Shown here: in pieces, positions 23,801-35,800 of the stretch
Numbering within the stretch: position 1 is the first letter of the stretch
How the letters are laid out: the number at the start of each line of letters is the position of its first letter
Source of the DNA: Lama glama
Lineage: Eukaryota
Direction: 5' to 3'
Length of the DNA: 64,000 nt
Assembly: GCA_028534125.1 (NCBI GenBank)
Contig: CM052837.1
Coordinates: 23,250,001-23,314,000, forward strand
Notes under the pieces: model-generated
What the model was told of the DNA's origin: nothing
The model's input: only the letters and a program-made list of their open reading frames with translations
Databases searched by the model: none
Program-made: the position numbers and the translations under genes

Positions 23801-26800
23801 GCTGAGCCTCACAGGGGCCCTGGGGGGTGGTCCAGAGTCCCATCCCACTTTACGGATGAGGCAGTGGAGATGTGGGAAGGAATGATGCCACGGCTGAGAG
23901 TGCCGCTGTGTGATGGCCTCAGCTGGCCCCAGCTCTCCAGCCAGTGTTGGGCCGACAGTCTGAGCTCTTGGGTTGTGCTGTGAGTTGGCCTCGGGCCCCC
24001 ATCCTTGTGGTCTTGTGTTGCTGCTCTGAGGAGGCTGTACCTTACAGACATCCTCAACTTCTCTATGCCCTGGCTTCACACTTTTCCTTCTAGGGTGAGG
24101 TGTTCAGTCAAGGCTCACCATAGGCCCGGTGGCCTGGTGGTGGCTCCGTGAAGGGCTCTGAGTGTGGGCCAGGCATGCCTGTGGGGACTGTCAGAGCTCC
24201 AGGCTCTCGTCTTTGCTCCTTCCATTGATACCCTTCCAGACCCCAGGCTTCCTCAGGTGGTGAATGAAAACAGGCCCTTGCCCTCAGGGAAGCTGAAGCC
24301 GCAGCGACAATACCGAGTGATAATACCTTTGATGATGGGAGGTGGGAAGGGGCAGAAGAAAGCAAACCGCCTGGACAAGGTGGTCAGACTCAGATGAGGT
24401 GACGCTGACACCAGCTGTCTGAAGTCTGACACCTGTGGCTGTCAGACTGCTGAGGAGGTAGACCAAGAGGCCAGCTCTGAAGGCTGGGCCCTAAGTGCCT
24501 GAGGAGGGCAGACCTGTGTCATCGGGGATTTTCTTTGTGCTGGCTGCTTGCTCCCCATGGGAGAGGGGCGAGAGCACGTGTCCGGATCTCCAGAGCTAGC
24601 CGTCCTCGCCCGTGTGTTTCCTGTCTGACTGTAGTTTTTCCAGGGGAAGTCAGACCTCTTAGTGTTTCCTCAGCACCCCAGGCTTGCCCTGATGTGTGGG
24701 TTTCCAGACCAGCCCGGCCAGGCCGCCCTGTCCAGCTGGGGCCTTTTCTTTCCTGTGAACTGAGGAAAGGAGCCTACTTCACAGATGTCTGGAAGAGCTG
24801 ACTACACCAGCGCTGGGGACCCCAGCACCTCCAGCTTGCGTGCGTGTGCGTGCGTGCTCAGGCATATGAACCCAGATGCACAGGCTTGAGTTGCTGGTTA
24901 GAGATCTTGGCCACTAGCTTTGTTTTGGGTAGCCTGTTGGAATGAGGGGCATTTATTTGGTCAGTAAATATTGCTGAATGCCTCCTATTTGACTGGTACT
25001 GAGGATTCAAAAGATAAGACATGATTTTTGCCGTTGAGGAACTCCCAGACTCTTGGAAGAGACAGGGTTGGGAATGTGTAATTATAACCCCGGGTATGCT
25101 GTACCATGATACAGGTCTGTGCTGAGAGCCTTGTGAGAACAGAGTTCTGCTCAGCAAGTGGAAGGCAGGGGTGAGAGGAGAGAGCCAGGAAAGCTTCACT
25201 GTGGAAGTGACTTGTGAACTCGGCCTTAAATTATTGAAGAACTTGTCTCTGCCCCAAGTGAGGCTCTGGGGATCACTGGGGCAGGCTTGGGGATGCTTTC
25301 TGTGCTGCAAAGCGTCGGGACAGCGTAGAAAGGGCCATGGTGCGTTGTGCTCTGTCCTGTGGGCAGCAGCCATCGCCAGAGGCTGAAGTGGGACTGTCTT
25401 GTGTTTGGGAGAGTCTGAGGAGGGAGGCCAGTGAGCCGCTGCAGTTTGCAGGAGAGAGCTGGTGAGCACGGCATGGCCTCCTCACTGAGGCTGACAGACG
25501 CAGCGGTGATGGAGGGGAAGGGGTGGGTCTGGAGGGAGGAGGCAGTGGAGCCATGATAGCTTAGCTTTTGGGCTGTGAACTCAGACTGCCTGGGTTAAAA
25601 TCCTGTTGTGCAGCTTACTTGCTCTGTGATCTTGAGTGTGTGACTTGATCTCTCTGGGCTCCTCACCTACAAGAGAGGGATAGTAACAAACTACATTTTT
25701 CTCGTAAGGGTTTTGTGAGGATTAGGTGAGAATCTGTAAAATGTTTCACATCCAGTGTGGTGCCGTGTAAGTGCCTCATGCATGGGCGCTCTGACAAGGA
25801 GGAAGGTGAAGATTAAGTTCTCTGGGAGGACCTGTTGAATTAAGGAGGCTGGTGCTTGGCCACCAAGCCCTTTGATTCCGAGGAGCCCCACCTAGCCTCT
25901 TTCTCGAATCTCTCAGCAGCCTCTCTGTCGTCAGGGCTCTTTTCTGCTGCTGACTTTTACAGGGTGTCAAAGCAGTTGGCTGGGAATAGCTGCTTTGGTA
26001 TCACATGGAGGTATCAGATTGTCCTATTTCTAAGAACCTCACCCAGAGAAACGCTATCTGAGCACATTGGTGGGAGACCCCTGTCTTCCAGAAAGTGCCT
26101 TAATGCCACCACCTCGGTGTGCTAGGGACTGCCTCTGCCTCTCCAGGCGCCGTCCATGTCGATCTCCATTATCTCATAGCATCTCTTTCCACTCTGCCCT
26201 TTCCTCTGGCATGTGGCTTCAGGGAGGCCAGAGATGGCTAATTTGGAGGGAGGAAGTGAGGCCTGTTGTAGCAAAGGCCTGATATTGGGGGAATTGGAGA
26301 CTCTTTCCCCCCCCCCTCTCTTAGACCTGGAGAAGTCAGAGGGTACTTTGAGGAGAGTCCTAGGAGATGTGAAAGTGGGATGGGAGGAGGGGAATGTTCT
26401 GGAACTTGGGGCAGAGTGCTTTGTTCAGAGAAACATAGCGCCGGGCTTCCCGGAGTGGAGTAGGGGGTGGAGATCTTCCAGAGCAGCTCTGACAGGTGAT
26501 AAGACTCTAGGCAGAGCTGAGGGTGAGGAGTGGCCTCCAGCAACTGTGGCCAGGATCAGTGGGCTTTGGGTTTGAGTCTCAGCTCTTCCTGTGACCTTGG
26601 CACAAGTTACTTAAACCTATCTGAAACTGATCTTTAGCCATAAAGATAACTCCTCCCTTACAGAGCTGTACGTTAACACTGGTCAAACTAGATCGCGTAT
26701 GAGAGTTGAGAGATCTTAACGTGAGAGTGCTCGGCACAGCACGTGGCACCTGTGGTGCTTCATAACTATTTGTTTTCTTTGCTTTCACCGTAACTAACTC

Positions 26801-29800
26801 CAGAGCTCCAGTTCTTTCTGCCACCAAGCCAGCCACCGTGGCTGCCCTGACAGCCTGGGCTAGAGGGCTGTTTCCTCCTCTTGTTTGTTCCTCCCTTGGT
26901 CTGTACACAGAGGTAGGGGCAGGAGAAAAATTGGGTATTTGAACGGTGTGTTGGAGTTACCCGAGCATTTTCTCATCCGTCGCCTTGTCTGAGCAACACT
27001 GCAGCTCCGAGGCTGGAGGCGGTGGGAGTGCCAGGCTCTGTCTTCTACATGAGGAAACTGAGACCCCAAGGCTGAGGTCACCCAGCAAGTTCATGGCAGC
27101 CTGGGATTTCTGATTTCCACTACACTGCTCAGTTTGTTCCTCCATGCTGGAGAAAACGACAATAAGGTGGATGCTCTCTAGGAGCAGGGATGTTTTTCCT
27201 TTTTTTATGTGGACAGAGCTGTCTGATCCCTATTCCGCCCCTGGCCAGATGTGCCATTTGACCCACCCAGACGTCCATCTGTGGACACGCTGGACTCGGT
27301 GCCTTCATTGAGACCCTGTGCCGCTCTCATCATGCCTCAGCCCCCACCGAGATACTTCCCTCACTGGCAGGGGTGCAGGCAGCAGAAGAGCCTGACCTAA
27401 GTTGCTCTCATTGTTATGGTGGCAACCGAACCGAACTTCTGCCGGGGAGAAGGGAGCATGTGCGTTCGTCTGTATGTTCCCTTATCCATCCCATGTTTGT
27501 GGTGGGCACACTGAACCGGACAGTCGTGACCATTCCAGCCTCTGACTTGTTCACTGTGACAGTAGATCTCTGGCCTAGTGTGCTTTCCATATCACCATAG
27601 CTAGTCTTTCCTAAAGAGGAAAAGAAAAGAAAAGAAAAAAAGAAGGCCTGGAACAGCTTTCTCGGGGCCCTGTGGCACACTGAACAAGTGAGACACCACT
27701 TGTGCCACCCTGGCTCAGGACTGGCATTTGCCGATGTTCCGAGCACTGTGGGTCTAGCGGTGAACACAAAGGCTAAGGCACATACAGCCAGACAGAAAAA
27801 ATAGTTCTGGGGTCATGTGAGTTAAGGAAGCAAGCCTGAGGCTCCTGTCAGTCGAGGGTGGAGGACTGCTGTGTTATCTCAGTGGCTGACAGCAGGCCCC
27901 TCTCGCCCTCAGGCTGCGTGTGCGAGTTCTGACAAGCCACTCCACTGTCTCCAGAGAGATACTCTGGGCAGATGAGGTCCACGAGGGATTTGGAGAAAGG
28001 AGGCTGGGGCAGAATTAATTTCTGTGACTTGGGCACAGGGCACAGAGAGGTGGCCCTGCTGGCGTGGCAGAGTAGATTGCTGCCTGGGCGGGTCAGGAGG
28101 CTGCCTTGGTTGGGGTCTTGGAAACAGGACTGTGTGTTCAGACTTGGAGGTGTATGTGCCCTTGCCCAGTTTTCTGTCCACCTTCACCCCGATGCTTGTG
28201 CCCCTGCTGGAGCTGCCCCCAGGCCTAGTCTGCTGTGGCCACAGCTTCCTCTGTCACTCCAGAGTTAGAGCCTCTCATTAGAGCTGGTGTGCTGGGGCCT
28301 CCAGAGGGAGTGGGGACTGGCTGCCTCTAGAGAGCCCCTCAGGGCCAGAGGAGAGGGAAGAAGTGTGTGTGGGGTGGTTCTTGGGTTCCCCAGGGCTGGG
28401 GAAGAGGCGGTGGGGACGCGGTGGGGGTGGTTGCTTTGGGGGACGCTGAGGTCCCAGGAGATGCAGCCTGAAGAGTCTCGGCTTGCTTCCTGCCTCAGCT
28501 CTTGACGTTCTCCCTCTCCTCTTTGAAAGGCTAGTTCCTTTTGAGGAGGTGCTTGGCTAGCCTTCGAGAGGCTGCAGTGGCTGAGTGCCCAAGCCCAAGT
28601 ACTAGCTCTCTGCCCCTCGTCACCTCCTAGGAGCTGGGCCCATCCTGGGGGAGGCAGGGAGGGCTCCTTTTTATAGCCCACATGTAGGCTTTTTGTATAG
28701 GCCCTGCTGCTTCCTTCCGGGCCCTTCCCGGTGTTGGCGGGTAGCCCTGGCTTCAGCAAGACTCAGGATGTAGAATAAATGGGGCGGGGCTTTCTCCTGC
28801 AGGAGACTGGCACCTCCCTTGCTGAGCCAGGCCTGGCACAGAGCAGCCCGGGGTTGGGAAGCAAGAAAAGGGGGTGACCCAGTCCTTGATCCTGGGAAGC
28901 TCGAGATCTGGACTGCAGAAAATCATGACAGCTCAGAGCTGGCAGGGACAGTTGTGCCTAAAGTGCTGTAGGCTGAGTGGCCTGCCCCCGTGGGCCCCTC
29001 CCCCGCTGGCTGGTGTGCGGCCTCGGTTAGAGGACCTGTGCTAGGCTCTGAGGTGCCTGGGAGCGAGGCGTGGGCACGTTGAGGAGCGAGTGGTCTGACC
29101 AAAGCTCTAGGCCTTGGCGATGGACAGCTGGCCAGGCTGATGAGGGGTTGGGCCACGGAGAGTTTGACCACTTGTTTGTGTGAGATCTAATTCTAACTCA
29201 GCAGGGGTGGGCCTTTCACAGTGGGGTTGTCTTCCTGTTTTCTTGAACACCTGGGGATCTGGCTGAGCTGAAATGTCCTGAGGGAAGCGGTTGCCCCCCA
29301 GGCCCCAGTGTCCTTGGCTCGGCCTTGCCTGTGGTGGGGAGTAGGGCGTTGACCATGCTGGGACTCTGGTTGCCAAGCTGTGGGTGTGTGGTGGGTGAAT
29401 TCTAACCCCATGGGATTGAGTGACTTCAACCTCAGGTCCAGAGAGTGTGGACCCAGAGTTCACGGAGTGACTAACCCTAGGAAGGAGGAGAGAAGTTGGC
29501 CACACATCCCAGAGGCTTCTCCGCCTACTCAAGGGGCAGGAGGTCAGCTGGGAGGTTGGGCAGCAGCATGGGCAGGGGGGATGGATCCGTCTTAGGCGCT
29601 GCAGACCACTCCCCCTAAACAACTTCATTTATTTGGAGGTGGCTCTCCTCTTCCTCCCTTCGTCACTTCCTTGACCCACAATAATAATTGAGTGTAATAT
29701 GCCTATGTTCCCTTGTCAGTTTCTACCTGGGACTGTGGCCTTTTTTGGGAGCTCTTAGCATATCCACCAAGGAGGTTAGGAAACATAGGATGTGTCACTT

Positions 29801-32800
29801 TGTCAGGAGTTACTCAAGGCCTCTTGAGGCCAGCAGTACCCAATGTAGAGAGAATCCCCTCCAGTGAGAACACCTGATGCCCAGCCTGTTCCCGTGAGGC
29901 TGTCCTGATCCCTGGCCTGAGAACTGGCCCCTACTGGAAGGGGAGGCTCTGAAGGCTGGGGTGGGAGGCGAGGAGGCAGCTATCTGTGCTGGATGAGGAG
30001 AGACCTGGAGCTGTCTTAAGACATGGGACTAGGGAATTAAAATCAGGAAGGGGAAGTCTCAGGGTAGCCACCCCTCTCAGTAGGGAAGGTGATTTCGAAG
30101 AATCTGAGCTGGGCTTCCTGGAGAGGCAGTGAGTGGGTGTTCCCTGCCACCTTGGAGGGAGATCAGAGACTAGATCACACACTGGGGACTTGGCCCTGCC
30201 AGGAAGCAAGAGGAGGACAGGAGAGTGGCATGGCTTGGGCTGGCATGGCCCAAAGGGAGTGTCCAGATGCTGAGGAGAGCCTGGGCTAGCAGCTCGAAAA
30301 CGGGAGAGCCGGATTGGTGTGCAGGAGAGGCTGTTGAGTGAACAGGCCTGTGACTTAATGACCCTTTTCATTGTTTAGAACGTCTCCAACCTCCTAGTCA
30401 GGGTTGACTGTGTTAGAGGTTAAAGGGCTGATCCCACATCTCTCCCCAAGAAAAAGGAGGGCCATGGTGGCAGTGATACAGAAACCAGAGAGGCAGGCAG
30501 CCAGGGCCCGGGTTGGGAGATGGCATGGGAGTCAGCAAGCACCATAGGAGAAGGCCTCTGCTGTCCTCCTTCCACCTCTCCTCCCATTTCAGCCCTGATC
30601 ACTCGACCCCCAACCAGAGGCCCCTATTGGTTCCTTTCGGAAGGGAGGTCCCAGACTTTTTTCCATCCATTTCCTGCTAGGCACTGGGCCATTGATGCCG
30701 CCAGACATGGTCCATGCGCTCAAGGAGCTTACACTCCAATGGAGAAGACAGTCTGTCAGAGCCTTAAAATACACAAATGGTGCCCATTCATGTAGGCACT
30801 TGGTAAATATGATTGTGAATGGTATAAATAAAGCCGGTAGGACTTGTTCAGGGGTTAGATTGGAGGACGGTGAGAGAAAAGATGTTAAGGGTGATTCTGA
30901 AGTGTCTAGTTTATGCACCTGTTTGGAGGTGATGCTGCTAGCGGACCCAAGGGGTGTGGCAAGAGGCCTGGTGAGAGAAGACCATGTGTTTGGTTTTGAG
31001 GGGTTGACTTCGAGGTGAACAGGTGGAGACCTCAGGTAGGTAGTTGGATTGAAGGTTCTTAGGCTTAGGAGTCAAGGACTAGGCTAGAGCTGTGCTTGTG
31101 AACTATCTGATGTTGGTAATCTAAGCTCTGGTGTGGATGACACTGACTGGGGACAGGGAGAGCATCAGAGAGGAGAGGCCCTTGGCCTGGGCCTGGTTGG
31201 AGGCCGGCGTGTAGTAGGGATAGGCCTGGAGTCCGGGAAGAAGCAGGAGACCCAGGAGAGGTCAAGGGCAGAGCTTCCATTGGGAGGGTGGGTGTGATCA
31301 ACCTTGCTGGTTGCCCTCAGGGTCAGGAAAGAGGAGGCCAGAAAAGTGACTTAGGCTTAGTATTCTGGTTCTCCATGTGTCTGAATACACCATGAGGGGC
31401 ATTTCATTGGGCCTTTCAAGATCCTGGATGCTCTGGTTCCTGACCCTGCTGGACCCTCAGCCTCTCTCCTGTGGGCCACCAAGAAAGAACGCGGGCAGCA
31501 CCAGCCTGCAGGGAAGGCAGAGGTCAGCGTGCACAGGGCTGCTGGGGGAGTCACCTGGGCTCGGGCAGGAAAGTTGGAGCAAGCGCCTGGTCCTTGCTGT
31601 GCTTGCCCCCACCTTCCCTCCCCTCTCACCCACTCTAACTCTAAACACCCCTTTCCCCAAACAACCAAACTGCTGTATCGCTGATGCCTTTGGCTTTTGT
31701 GATCTAACACCCCCTACCTTCCCCTCCTTCCCAACCAGCAGCAACCGAAACTCCCCAAGTCCACCTGCTGACTTTCTCTGCTCTTGGCGCTGCAGGCGTT
31801 TCCCTGTTGTTCCACTCTTTGCAGGACCTTGTAGTTATCTGCTTCCCCATCTGTTTCCTCCACCAGGCAGGGGCTTTCTCAAGGGCAGGAACTCCAGTGC
31901 CTTATTGATCTCTGTTTACCCAGGACCCACCCCAGGGCCTGACAGGGAGTAGATACAGGCCTAATACACATTTGATTGGAGGTGGAGGGGGGAGATGAAA
32001 TGAATGGATAAACCCAGGAGACTGCTGCTCATCTCTCTCCCAGCTTGGAGTTCCCTGGGTGGGGCCTCTTTGCCCTTCCTTCCTTTGGGGCTGAGGCATG
32101 CTGTTCCCACCTCTGGAATGGGTGGGATTAGTCTTGCATCCTAGGGAACAAGGCCGCACGCCTGGACGGTGTGAAGGCTCGCTGTGGCTGCCCTGCTTTT
32201 TCTCTGCAAACCCAGTGTCAGGGGTGGCCGCTGCTGTGGGGTCACTCCAGAGGGTCTCAGTTCTACCACGAACCATGTGACCATGACAGGACCCTCTGGG
32301 GCTTTCATTTCCTCACTACTCCTAATAGAAGATTCACCTAGACTCTAGACTCCAGATGATTCATGAACTGGCGAGGATCCTTTACAGCTGTGGCCTGAAG
32401 CAGTTAGTACACAGAGGTGCAGGGTCCCATGTGGGAGGAACCCATGGAGCCCCATCCAGCTGTCAGAATGGCCTTTTCCTGTTTATCAAGGTGGGAGAGG
32501 GGCTGGCTGCTCTTCTCGTCAGGTGTTTGGGGAACAGTGATGGATGAAGTCCCAGCGGGGAGCAGGTGCTGAGCTCTGCCCTGGGTGTTCCCTGTACTCC
32601 AGGGTTTGGCTAGGGCTTATATCCTGGGAAGGCGGTCAGGTCGCCTCTCCCCTGCTGGTCTGATTTGAAGGCACTGCTGCATGGGAATGGGACAGATAAG
32701 CCCCAGCCTCAGCTTCCCTTGGCTGCATGACCCTGCGACTCTGGGTCTTCAAGCCGGGATCCTTGTCCCCTATAAAATGGAGGGTGAGAGCTACTCAGCC

Positions 32801-35800
32801 CTCTGCTCTCGTAAGAACTAGGAGCTGCTCCTGACTGTTTCTGTTGAAAAGTGGCAGGGGGAAGGTTATAGCCTCAGAACAGAGGGGAAGGGAACTCACT
32901 CCTTCCAGTCCTTGGGCAGTAGGCGGTCAGCACGGAAACCCCTGGCGTCCCAGGCCCTGGCTCATGTGCTCAGGTTCTGTCCTATCTCCTCCTCAGCCAC
33001 GTCCGTCCTTCCCCTTCTGAACTGTGAGGCTCTGTCATAGCTGTCTGTTCCCAGATGGTCCAGGAGCCCTGGGTGCAGAGCCCCTCTGCCTCTGGCTCAC
33101 TGTGTGGGGCGGCAGAGGCGCAGGGCCGGGAATCAGCCAGTTGGCGGTACTTCCTTTTCTCCATCTTGGCATCCTTTGGCGGAGAAAGCTCAGTTCCATT
33201 TGTGCTCCCTCAGGCCCTGGGTATGTAGTTCCTTTGGAGGGTGATGCAGGAGGTGGCTGACTTGAGGGGTGGGGGCTGGGCATGGCCCATCTGTTTGGCC
33301 CAGGCTGTGTGTCTCCGGAGATGTGACTGATGAGGGACTTCTGGGAAGATGTGCACAACTCTCCTGACCCCGGGACCTCTTTTGAATCTCCTAGTGACTT
33401 TGGCTTAGAGCCAAGCAGAGCATGGTGCTCAGGGAGCCCTGCCTCTTCTGTTCTGTTTTCCCCAAAGTGCCATTAGCTTCCCCTGTCTCCTACCAGCTCC
33501 AAGAACTTTTGTACAAGAACCTCCCAGTGTTTTCGGACTGCTCTGACCCCCAGGGGCCACGTCCCTCCCAACTGTGCCTAGTCTCTCATTTCTGTCCCAT
33601 GGTCACCTCACTGACCATTGCATTTGCAAATCTGTTGTAGCTCCTCAACCTTTACTGCCCCACCATACCACCTCTTCCAGGAAGTCATCCCTGATACCAT
33701 CTTTGAGCATCTGTGCTCTGAAGTCTAACTTCCAGTTCATTCCTGCTTTCAGGTACTCTGTAAACATGTTGAAGCCTCGCCAGGGACCTACCTGGGTTTG
33801 GAGAATGGAGAGAAGAGGCAGGTGTGGTTTCTTCCTTGTGGAGCTCACAGGCCAGTGGCCTCAACACCTGGAGGCACTAGACAGAGTTGGGGAGCACCAA
33901 GTATGCCACTGAACTTGGCCTGAAGGAAACTAAGTGGGAAGGTGGGCCTGGCACAGGCAGAGGCTCAGAGTTAGGAGGAGCGTTGGGAGCTGATGTGGGG
34001 CTGGCGTCTGTGGGTCTCATGGCCTTGCCTGGCCCTGGACCCTTTTAAGGAGGGCTGGGTTTCTTCCACCTTCCTCCGGCACACTCTGCAGGGCTGGGTG
34101 TCCACATCCCATAGGTGAGGCAGTGGAACCTTGAGTGGAAGGGACCTGTCCAGGTAATAATTCATTTACCTCTTTCAGGTTCTCTGGATTTTTTTAAAAG
34201 CTTTCATACTTATCATGAATTAGAATTTTTTTTAAGTTGCAAAATGCATTTACGTTCATTTTTATATGGTTGGTTTCTATTGCAGTTTACAGCAGTTAAC
34301 CTATACACTTTTTAAAGGAAAAACTGTCTTAAGAGAAGTATTTCAATGAATGCATGTTTCATGTCCAAAAATTTGTGATATGTGCTGTTTCCTTTTTTGG
34401 TGTGGTGGTGGCGGTGGTAGTGTATCTGGTAGTGTATCTTCATCATTTGGGGGTTTAGTTTTCAGTATGTCCTCCTGCCCCTTTCTAGTAAAATCACTTT
34501 CCTAACTCATATCTCATTGACATCTCTCAGGGACTCCAGGAGTGGTGGTCCCATTTTGTAGATGAGGAGAGTGAGGCTCCCGGTGGGGCCATGTCTCCTC
34601 CCCGCCTTGCCAGTGCTTTTGCTTGGGATTCTTCTCTGTACGTCCTCCTTGCCTGATGTGTGGCTAAGAGCCAGTGGGTTTGGGGGATCTCTCTGGTGTA
34701 GAGCCATTTGGAAAGTGGCTTTGTTGAGCGCAGGGGCTGCTAGGACACAGGTTCCTGACCACGAAGCTTCCGTGTAACTTAGGGTCTTGGATCTGGTGCT
34801 TTGGCTTCGTCTCCACCTTCCAGGGCCTGCCATGGTCAGGGCAGGACTGACTGGCTCTCACAGGCCGGGCTCACTAAGGAGCCCTGAAGAAGGCTTGGTG
34901 ACCTGCTCTTGCCACCACCCCCTTTTTCTTCCCTGGATTTCCTGTTCTGGGGCTCTGCCTGGTTGACAGGAACACTGCACCTGTGCACATTCCCACAGTG
35001 GATGTCCCCATGCACTGGCCAGGAGGCAGGCTGGTGGGGGACTCGTGGCTTGGCCTGATGTCTGAGATGGGTGGGGAGCAGGTTTCTGAGACGGGAAGCA
35101 GGCCTGCCTTCAGAGAAGCCTAGCACAGACAGGTCCTCTGTGGTCATTGTCCTCTGTCGCTTCCCAGGCTCCAGACTGGCTGCCTGCTGTTCAGTGTGTC
35201 CCCTTCATGGCGGCCTCCCCTCTCCCCATGCAGTGGAATGGGTGCTGTCCCTGGGTGGGGCCTGCTCTCTGAAGGGTGTGTCTGAGCCGGCCCTGGGAGG
35301 GCAACAGCAGCTGCACAGCTCCCTGAGAGCTTAGCAGCGATTCTGTACTCAGAGGAGGAAACTGAGGCTCTGAAACGGGAAGTGACTGCGTTACTGGATT
35401 GTCCTGAAGGCAGTTGCTCTCCAGGCCTGCAGGACCCAGGTTCTCCGCTTTGAGTAACTGCTGGCCTCTAGTCTCTGAGTCCTCAGACTGGGAGTCTATC
35501 CTTGGGCCCAGAGAGAAGGGAAGGGTCTGTGCTTTTGCAAAGTCAGTCTGAGGCACTCTCCTTCAGTGCTGAGAGCTGGGCCCTGCCCCAGGCAGCAAGC
35601 AAGTTTCTTCACATAAAAACCGAAACTAAGCCAATCCAAGGTTGAGGGCGATCAGGGCAGGGCAAAGCTGCTCTCCCTTGTGGGTACCTTATATGTGTAG
35701 TTCTCTGCAGGTGAAGGGTTTATGGAGGCCCGCCGTCACTAAGGCTTCACTTTATCTACAAGCTGCCTGATAGGAGAGAGACTTGCATGAAGCCTGAGCT

